Shown here piece by piece: positions 56,821 to 64,000 of a stretch of 64,000 nucleotides of DNA; positions within the stretch are counted from its first letter, which is position 1; each line of letters opens with the position of its first letter. The notes under the pieces are model-generated. The model was not told where the DNA came from. It saw nothing but the letters and a program-made list of their open reading frames with translations, and did not search any database. The stretch covers positions 1,312,001-1,376,000 of the forward strand of contig OZ253470.1 in the NCBI GenBank assembly GCA_965261735.1, given 5' to 3'. Origin of the DNA: Alphaproteobacteria bacterium. GTDB lineage: Bacteria > Pseudomonadota > Alphaproteobacteria > SHVV01. The position numbers were made by a program, and so were the translations under genes.

Positions 56821-59034
56821 CTACAGAAAGCTGTAGGGGTCGACGTCGACCTGGATGCGCACGCTGGCGGCCGGCTTGACGCGGGCGAGCCAGGCGCGCA
56901 GCACGTCGGGCACGTTGACCTCGCGCGCGGCGCTCAGTAGCAGCCGCTGGCGGTGGCGGCCGCGGATCAGGGACAGAGGCGCCGGGGCCGGCCCGAGCAC
57001 GCGAAGCTGCGCGCCTTGCGGCGATGCTGCCCCGAGCGCGCGCGCCGTCGCCCGGACGCGTTCCTCGTTCGCGCCGGACACGATCAGCGCGGCCAGGCGG
57101 CCGAAGGGCGGCAGGCGCCGGGCACGCCGCTCCTCGGCCTCGCGGGCCAGGAAGCGCTCCGCATCACCCGACAGCAGGGCCTGCATGACCGGGTGCTCGG
57201 GCATGTAGGTCTGCAGGAGGACGCGGCCCGGGTGTGCGGCGCGGCCGGCCCGCCCCGACACCTGCACCAGAAGCTGATAGGTGCGCTCGGACGCGCGCAG
57301 GTCGCCACCCGACAGGCCGAGATCGGCATCGACCACGCCGACCAGGGTGAGGTGCGGAAAGTGGTGCCCCTTGGCCATGATCTGGGTGCCGATGAGGATG
57401 TCGATCTCGCGGTCCGTGACCTGGCGCACGACCGCCGCAGCGGCCTTGGGGCTGGCCAGCGTGTCGCTCGCCATGATCGTAAGCCGCGCCTCGGGCAGGA
57501 GCGCGCCAACCTCCTCGGCGAGCCGCTCCACCCCGGGTCCGCAGGCGGCGAGGCGCCCTTCGGCGCCACATTCGGGGCACAGCTTCGGCGGCGCGGCGGT
57601 ATGCCCGCAGTGATGGCAGACCAGGCGGCCGGCAAACCGGTGCTCGACCAGCCAGGCCGAGCAGTTGGGGCACTCGAGGCGGTGGCCGCAGGCGCGGCAC
57701 AGCGTAAGCGGCGCGTAGCCGCGGCGGTTGAGGAAGAGCATGGCCTGCTCGCCGGCGGCGACGGTTTCGCCCAAGGCCTCGACCAGGGCCGGTGCCAGCC
57801 AGCGTCCTGCCGGTGGCGCATCGCGGCGCAGGTCCAGGGCTGCAATGTGCGGCAGCTCGGCGCCGCCGTGACGGTCCGGAAGATGAAGCCGTCCGTAGCG
57901 CTCGCTCTCCGCATTGACGAGGGTTTCGAGCGACGGCGTCGCCGATACCAGGACGATGGGGAACCCGCCGAGATAGGCGCGCACGATCGCCATGTCTCGG
58001 GCGTTGTAGATGACGCCATCCTCCTGCTTGAAGGCGCCGTCGTGCTCCTCGTCGACGACGATCAAGCCGAGCCTGGGGAGCGGCAGGAACAGCGCCGAGC
58101 GGGCCCCGACCACGACCTTCGCGCGACCCTGCGCCACGGCGCGCCAGGTCGCGCGGCGCTCGCTCGCCCTCAGGTCCGAGTGCCACTCGAAGGGCGCGGT
58201 GCCGAAGCGCGCCTCGAAGCGGGCCAGCCATTGTGCGCTGAGGGCGATCTCGGGTAACAGGACCAGCACCTGGCGGCCGGCCTCGAGGGCCGCCGCGGCG
58301 GCCTCGAAATAGACCTCGGTCTTGCCGGCGCCGGTCACGCCGTCAAGCAGGGTGACGCTGTACGAATCGGCGGCGACCCGGCACAGGAGATTGGCGGCCG
58401 CCGCGGCCTGCGCCGGCGACAAAACCGGCGCGACGCCGCGGCCCTCGCTCGTTCTCGCGCCGGCGCCCTCTGGCAGCGTCAGGCGCTGCAGCGCACCGGA
58501 ATCGGCGAGCCCGCGTACGACGGCCGTGCTCACACCCGCCGCGGCGGCGAGTTCGACCGCCGCGCGCGGCGCGCTCGCGGCGGCGAGCCCGAGTACGCGC
58601 CGGCGCGCCGGCGTCATTCGCTTGGGCTCGGTCGCGCCCAGCCCGTAGGCGATACGCGGTGTTGGCGGCTGCAGCGCTTGGGGTACGCTCAACACCATGC
58701 GCAGCACGGTGCCCGGCGGCGACACGGTGTAGCGCGCCACCCAGTCGACGAATTCGAGAAGCGCCGGCTCGAGTGGCGGCACGTCGAGCCGGGCCACGAT
58801 CTCGCGTAGCCGCGCCTCGTCCGGTGCCCCGGCTCCTGCCGCGCCGGCCGCGCCTGCGTCCCACACCACGCCGTTGACTTCGCGGACGCCAAGTGGCACG
58901 CGCACCACATGGCCTCGCTCGAGTTCGAGTCCGTCCGGCACCCGGTAGTCGAACGCGCCCGCCACCGGCAGCGGCAACAGGACCCGGACCCGCCTTGCGG
59001 CGGTTGTTGAAGAAATGGTAGGGGAAGCGCCCAT
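56821..59034 (-). CDS. priA: primosomal protein N'
   Basis: [27 protein letters not shown], four CxxC pairs, [18 protein letters not shown]. Confidence 0.97.
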   Translation of the reverse strand: MGASPTISSTTAARRVRVLLPLPVAGAFDYRVPDGLELERGHVVRVPLGVREVNGVVWDAGAAGAAGAGAPDEARLREIVARLDVPPLEPALLEFVDWVARYTVSPPGTVLRMVLSVPQALQPPTPRIAYGLGATEPKRMTPARRRVLGLAAASAPRAAVELAAAAGVSTAVVRGLADSGALQRLTLPEGAGARTSEGRGVAPVLSPAQAAAAANLLCRVAADSYSVTLLDGVTGAGKTEVYFEAAAAALEAGRQVLVLLPEIALSAQWLARFEARFGTAPFEWHSDLRASERRATWRAVAQGRAKVVVGARSALFLPLPRLGLIVVDEEHDGAFKQEDGVIYNARDMAIVRAYLGGFPIVLVSATPSLETLVNAESERYGRLHLPDRHGGAELPHIAALDLRRDAPPAGRWLAPALVEALGETVAAGEQAMLFLNRRGYAPLTLCRACGHRLECPNCSAWLVEHRFAGRLVCHHCGHTAAPPKLCPECGAEGRLAACGPGVERLAEEVGALLPEARLTIMASDTLASPKAAAAVVRQVTDREIDILIGTQIMAKGHHFPHLTLVGVVDADLGLSGGDLRASERTYQLLVQVSGRAGRAAHPGRVLLQTYMPEHPVMQALLSGDAERFLAREAEERRARRLPPFGRLAALIVSGANEERVRATARALGAASPQGAQLRVLGPAPAPLSLIRGRHRQRLLLSAAREVNVPDVLRAWLARVKPAASVRIQVDVDPYSFL

Positions 59035-59107
59035 ACGCTACACTGTGCCAACCGGCGGGGCGCCGGACAAGGCGGCGCAAGCGAAGGTGCCGGAGAGGCC
59101 GAGTCTG

Positions 59108-59770
59108 ATGAAGTTCTTCGTCGACACCGCGGACATCGATGAGATTCGTGATCTCGCGGCGACCGGCCTCCTCGACGGCGTCACCACCAACCCCTCGCTC
59201 GTCGCCAAGACCGGGCGCGACTTCTTTACCATTCTCGGCGATATCTGCGAGGTCGTGGACGGCCCGGTGAGCGCCGAGGTCACGGCGACCGACTCCGACG
59301 CCATGGTCTCCGAGGGCCGCCGTCTCGCCGACCTCGCCGACAACGTCGCCGTCAAGGTGCCGCTCACCTGGGACGGCCTCAAGGCGTGTCGCGCGCTCGC
59401 TCAGGCCGGAATCGCCGTGAACGTTACGCTGTGCTTCTCGCCCACCCAGGCGATCCTGGTCGCCAAGGCCGGAGCCCGCTTCGTCTCGCCCTTCGTCGGC
59501 CGGCTCGACGACATCAGCCACAACGGCATGGAGCTGGTCGCCGACATCCGCGCCATCTACGACAACTATGACGACTTCACGACCGAGATCCTCGTCGCCT
59601 CGGTGCGCCATCCCGGCCACGTCATCGAGGCCGCCCGGATCGGCGCCGACATCTGCACCGTCCCGCCCGCGGTCCTGAGGCGCCTCGCCCAGCACCCGCT
59701 CACCGACCGCGGCCTCGAGGCCTTCCTCGACGACTGGCACAAGACGGGCCAGTCGATCCTCAACTCGTGA
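59108..59770 (+). CDS. tal: transaldolase / fructose-6-phosphate aldolase family
   Basis: [44 protein letters not shown]. Confidence 0.93.
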   Translation: MKFFVDTADIDEIRDLAATGLLDGVTTNPSLVAKTGRDFFTILGDICEVVDGPVSAEVTATDSDAMVSEGRRLADLADNVAVKVPLTWDGLKACRALAQAGIAVNVTLCFSPTQAILVAKAGARFVSPFVGRLDDISHNGMELVADIRAIYDNYDDFTTEILVASVRHPGHVIEAARIGADICTVPPAVLRRLAQHPLTDRGLEAFLDDWHKTGQSILNS

Positions 59771-59780
59771 CGGAGCCCGC

Positions 59781-60503
59781 GTGACGACGAATCCCAAGAA
59801 GGCCGGCATCGAGCGCGAGCCGCGGCTGACCGCCGGCCGGGTCAAGGCCTATCTCGAGGCGCACCCCGATTTCCTCAACGCCCACCCCGACCTGCTCGCC
59901 GCGCTCACGCCGCCGGCCCATCGCCGCGGCGAAACGGTCGTCGACATGCAGCGCTTCATGCTCGACCGGCTGCAGCGCGAGGTCGCGAAACTGGGCCAGG
60001 CGCGGGACGAGCTCGTCGCCGCCGGCCGCGGCAACCTGTCGAGCCAGAGCCAGATTCACGTCGCGATGCTGGCCCTGCTGGAGGCGCGTACCTTCGAGCA
60101 ATTCATCGAAACCGTCACCGCCGAGCTCGCGAGCCGGCTCGACGTCGACGCCGTGAGCCTTTGCATCGAGCGCGCCGCCGAGGGTGACACCGCGGGCGGC
60201 ATCACCTGTGGGGTCCGGGTCGTCGAGCGCGGCACGGTCAACGGCTGGCTCGGCGAGGGCCGTGATGTCGTGCTGCGTTCCGGCATCGACGGCGACCCGG
60301 CGATCTATGGCGAAGCCGCGCCGCTGGTGCGGGCGGAGGCGCTGCTGCGCCTCAAGATCGGCGCCCATGCGCCGCTCGGCATGCTGGCGATCGGCTCACG
60401 CGACAAGGTCCGCTTTCATCCCGGCCAGGGCACCGAGCTCCTGAGCTTCATGGGCGGCGCCATGGGCCAAATGATCGGCGGATGGCTGTACCTGCCGGCC
60501 TGA
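59781..60503 (+). CDS. DUF484 (YigA-like) protein
   Basis: V..YL..HPDF, VVD, SEA-like motif, RFHPGQGTELL.F; typical neighbour of xerC. Confidence 0.85.
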   Translation: MTTNPKKAGIEREPRLTAGRVKAYLEAHPDFLNAHPDLLAALTPPAHRRGETVVDMQRFMLDRLQREVAKLGQARDELVAAGRGNLSSQSQIHVAMLALLEARTFEQFIETVTAELASRLDVDAVSLCIERAAEGDTAGGITCGVRVVERGTVNGWLGEGRDVVLRSGIDGDPAIYGEAAPLVRAEALLRLKIGAHAPLGMLAIGSRDKVRFHPGQGTELLSFMGGAMGQMIGGWLYLPA

Positions 60504-61414
60504 GCGACTTTCCGGCCGATGCGGCGGTGCGGGCGGCCGCCGAGGATTGGTGCCGCTGGTTGGCGGCGGAGCGACGCGCCTCACCGCATACACTGGGGGC
60601 CTACGGCCGCGATCTCGCGGCCTTCTTCACCTTTCTCGCCGAGCACATCGGCGGGCCGCCGGGCTGGTCCGATCTCGCCGAGCTGCGTGGCGGCGACTTG
60701 CGCAGCTACCTGGCGCGCCGCCGCCGCGATGGCTATGCGGCGGCCTCGACGGCGCGCGCCCTGTCGTCGTTGCGCGGCTTCTTCCGCCACCTCGCGCGCG
60801 CGGGATTCCTCGACAACCCGGTTTTGGCCACCGTGCGCGCCCCGAAGATCCCGCACAGCGTGCCCAAGCCGTTGGCCGCTGCGGCGGCGCGGCGCATCGT
60901 GGAGGCGAGCGATGCATCGTGGCTCGCCTTGCGCGATGCCGCGCTTTTTACCCTGCTCTACGGCGCCGGGCTGCGCATCTCCGAGGCGCTCGGGCTTAGC
61001 TGCGCCCAGGCGCCGGCGGGCGAGAGCATGGTGATCGTTGGCAAGGGCGGCAAGGAGCGGCTGGTGCCGCTGCTACCGATCATCCGCAGCGCGACGGCCG
61101 CCTATCTCGATGCCTGCCCCTTTGAGCTCGGCCCGGGCGATCCGCTCTTCGTGGGCGCGCGCGGCCGGCGGCTGCAGGCGGGCGTCGTCCAGGCCCAGAT
61201 GCGCCGCCTAAGGGGGCACCTCGGCTTGCCGGCGACGGCAACGCCGCACGCGCTACGCCACAGCTTTGCCACCCACCTGCTGGAGGGGGGCGCCGATCTG
61301 CGCACCATCCAGGAGTTGCTCGGCCACGCCTCGCTGTCGGCGACCCAGCGCTATACCGCCGTCGACGCCGCGCACATGCTCAAAGTCTACGACAGGGCAC
61401 ACCCGCGCGCCTAG
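60482..61414 (+). CDS. xerC: tyrosine recombinase XerC
   Basis: SPHT..Y.RD, LYGAGLRISE, GKGGKER, TPHALRHSFATHLL, LLGH, TQRY, HPRA. Confidence 0.93.
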   Translation: MAVPAGLSDFPADAAVRAAAEDWCRWLAAERRASPHTLGAYGRDLAAFFTFLAEHIGGPPGWSDLAELRGGDLRSYLARRRRDGYAAASTARALSSLRGFFRHLARAGFLDNPVLATVRAPKIPHSVPKPLAAAAARRIVEASDASWLALRDAALFTLLYGAGLRISEALGLSCAQAPAGESMVIVGKGGKERLVPLLPIIRSATAAYLDACPFELGPGDPLFVGARGRRLQAGVVQAQMRRLRGHLGLPATATPHALRHSFATHLLEGGADLRTIQELLGHASLSATQRYTAVDAAHMLKVYDRAHPRA

Positions 61415-62625
61415 TCCTCGGCTTCAACCCGCGCCGGGCGACCGAAGATCGCCAGCGCCACGGGTCCGAGCAGCGCGCCCACGCCCATGGTTGCGAAGGC
61501 CAGGCCCCAGGCGAGGCCGGGCCAGGCGGCCGCGAGGTCGAGGACGACGCCGACCGAGAGCGAGCCCAGGAAGCCGGCGCCGACACCGAGGGTGGAGTGC
61601 ACGGCCATGGTTGCGCCGCGCGCGCCCGGCGGTGCAGCGGCCACCGCGCCGGCGGTGATGGAGGCCGAATCACCGGTCGTGGTAATGCCGTAGAGCAGGC
61701 ACAGGAGCGCCACGGCCACGAACGGCAGCGCCGCATTGAACCCGATCGCGACGGCCAGCGCCGCCGAAGCCAGCATGATGAGGGTGATGACGCGGCGCCG
61801 GCCGAAGCGCACCGCGAGCTCGTTGCCGAGCACGCTCGAGGGCAGGCCGAGGAGGTTGGCGATGGCCACGATCCAGGTCGGGTTCCAGCTTGGCCCGGCG
61901 CCTCCCTGCAGGCTCTGGCTGTACACCAGGAAGGTGACGAGCCAGCTGCGCAGCGCGAACAGCTCCCACACGTGGGCGGCGTAGGCCAGGATAAAGCCCA
62001 TCGCCGGCCGCGCCCTTAAGACCGGGCGAAAGTCGAGCAGGCGCGGCGCCCCGACCCCGGGCGCAACCGGCTCCGCGGGCGGCAGCCCGCGGGCGATGAT
62101 GACGAAGGCGGCAAGCGAGCCGAGCGCGGCCGCCCCGAACGCGTAGCGCCAGTCGAGCCACACCGCGATCTCGCCGGCGAGGAAAAACGACAGGCTGACG
62201 CCGACGCCGAAGGTCGCTGTATAGAACGCCACCGCGCGCGCTTGTGCCGGGCCCTCGATGCGATCGCTGAGCGCCTTGAGCCCGGGCATATAGGTGCCGG
62301 CGAGGCCGATGCCGGCGAGGCAGCGCAGGGACAGCGCCGACCAGAGGCCGTCGGCGAACAGGGCGAAGGAGAGCGCGGCGATGCCGCCGAGCGCCGTGCC
62401 GGCGAGATAGATGCGGCGCGGATCGACACGATCGGTGAGGGCCCCGAGCAGCGGGACGCTGACCATGTAGCCGGCGTCGTAGATGCCGGCGATCCAGCCC
62501 GCTTGCGTGTTGGTGAGCCGCCACGCCTCGATGAATCCCGGCAGCAGCGCGGGCAGAGTCGCGAATCCCGCCATCCCCAGGACTTCGGCGACGCAGAGCG
62601 TGAGAACCAGGCGGCCGTGCGACAT
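61411..62625 (-). CDS. MFS transporter
   Basis: About 12 hydrophobic segments; LTDRVDPRR, GLAGTYMPG, HVWEL. Confidence 0.88.
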   Translation of the reverse strand: MSHGRLVLTLCVAEVLGMAGFATLPALLPGFIEAWRLTNTQAGWIAGIYDAGYMVSVPLLGALTDRVDPRRIYLAGTALGGIAALSFALFADGLWSALSLRCLAGIGLAGTYMPGLKALSDRIEGPAQARAVAFYTATFGVGVSLSFFLAGEIAVWLDWRYAFGAAALGSLAAFVIIARGLPPAEPVAPGVGAPRLLDFRPVLRARPAMGFILAYAAHVWELFALRSWLVTFLVYSQSLQGGAGPSWNPTWIVAIANLLGLPSSVLGNELAVRFGRRRVITLIMLASAALAVAIGFNAALPFVAVALLCLLYGITTTGDSASITAGAVAAAPPGARGATMAVHSTLGVGAGFLGSLSVGVVLDLAAAWPGLAWGLAFATMGVGALLGPVALAIFGRPARVEAED

Positions 62626-62750
62626 AGCGGGGCCGGATTATGGCGGCCGAGGCGCGCGGTAGCGAGGCGAAAGCGCGACGCCAACGTGATAGATCGGCAG
62701 TGATATAGTCGTTTCGCGGATCGGCGCTAGCTGGCAGGGGGGGAACGGGG

Positions 62751-64000
62751 TTGCCGGAGGTTTCGCTGGGCAGCAGCGAGTACGCGACGCGCGCTCGAAG
62801 GACAGCGCCGCCAAGTCACCGTTCTGTTCACCGACATGACCGGGTTCACCAGAGCATCCGAGAAGCTGGGGGCGGAGCGCACCTATGCCCTGATCCAGCG
62901 CCTCTCTCAATTGATGGCCGATGCGGTTCATGAGCACAAGGGCACGATCGGCAACTTCACCGGCGATGGCATCATGGCGCTGTTCGGCGCACCGGCGGCG
63001 GTCGAGGATGCGCCGCTCCGGGCCTGCCGAGCCGCACTCGACATCCAGTCGCGGATGAGGGACAGGGAGGACGCCTTGGTGGCGGAGTTCGGCCTGTGCC
63101 CGAGCTTGCGCATCGGCATCCACACTGGGCAAGCGGTGGTGGGCGAGGTGGGAGCCGACTTGCCGACGGACGTCACGGCGCTCGGCGATACGGTCAACCT
63201 GGCCTCGCGCATCGAGTCGGCGGCCGAATCCGGCGGCATTCTGATGAGCGAGGCCACATATACGCTGGTCGAGGGATATGTGGAGGCGCGCTTCGCCGGG
63301 GCGCGCGAGGTCAAGGGCAAGGAAGCGCCGCAGCGCACCTATCGCCTCGACGGCCTCAAGTCCGGGATCGGGCGCTTCGACGTCGCGGTGCGCCGCGGCC
63401 TCACGCGGCTGGTGGGCCGCCAGCACGAGCTGGAGACCTTGGAGCGCTGCTGGGAGGAGGTGCGCGGCGGCGCCCTTCGGATCGCCAACGTGGTGGGTGA
63501 GGCGGGCATCGGCAAGTCCCGCCTGGCCTATGAGTTTCAGAAGTCGCTGGCTGACGAGCGCGCCTTCCTGCTGCCAGGCCATTGCACCGCCGATGGCCGC
63601 AACGCGCCGTTCCTTCCGTTCATCGAAGTGGTGCGGACCTCGTTCCGCCTGGGCGAGGGGATGGCGGCGAAAGAGGTCGAGCGCAAGCTGCGCCGGGGGC
63701 TCGACGTTCTCGGGCTCGACGCCGAGGCGGCCCTGCCCTATCTGCTGCATCTGCTGGGCCAGCCGGTCAACGGGGCCCTCGACGGCGTCGCCGCGGAAGT
63801 CGTGGGCATCCGCACCCGCGACACCATCCTGGGCCTGCTGCGCGAACGCTGCCGCATGTCGCCGACGCTGATGTGCGTCGAGGACCTGCACTGGATCGAC
63901 AGCGCCTCGGAGGAGGTGTTGGTCCGCGCCATGGAGGACCGCGACAAGCTGCCGCTGATGATCCTGTGCACCTACCGCCCGCAATACCGGCCGCCGGCGA
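62751..64000 (+). CDS. class III adenylate/guanylate cyclase + AAA ATPase, truncated by the window; probable frameshift near 62790
   Basis: Own translation: EGQRRQVTVLFTDMTGFT, FTGDGIMALFG, RIGIHTG, GDTVNLASRIE, LVGR..EL, GEAGIGKSRL, VEDLHWID. Confidence 0.85.

Noticed and set aside
60482-61414. Mobile-element integrase
   Set aside because: Motifs and the tal-DUF484-xerC context indicate housekeeping XerC.

Overview
High-GC alphaproteobacterial chromosome segment (Rhodospirillales-like gene order), mostly housekeeping. It contains a lipid A operon (msbA, an LpxJ/DUF374-WaaA fusion, lpxK, lpxL), a molybdopterin oxidoreductase, tldD and pmbA, ubiD and ubiA, gshA, the aa3 cytochrome c oxidase cluster, dcd, thrC-M16 peptidase-rimJ, rnhA-thrB-ispH, gpmI-envC-ctpA-yibQ-rppH, the F1 atpHAGDC operon, priA, tal, xerC, and a truncated cyclase/AAA protein. 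Two small accessory insertions stand out. (1) At ~40.8-42.8 kb, three REP-like palindromes are followed by a perfect sigma70 promoter driving a GH24/T4-lysozyme-like muramidase, which converges on a secreted protein of unknown function; this is a candidate muramidase/inhibitor module, and both genes are disrupted as read. (2) At ~56.3-56.8 kb, a DUF1902 (HicB-like)/HicA pair lies in an unusual convergent orientation between priA and atpH. Two related 17-bp-period tandem arrays precede transporter genes. Several frameshifts, in-frame ambers and radical substitutions suggest either consensus errors or real gene decay. I saw no rRNA, tRNA, CRISPR array or transposase. All calls come from reading motifs; no database search was run.
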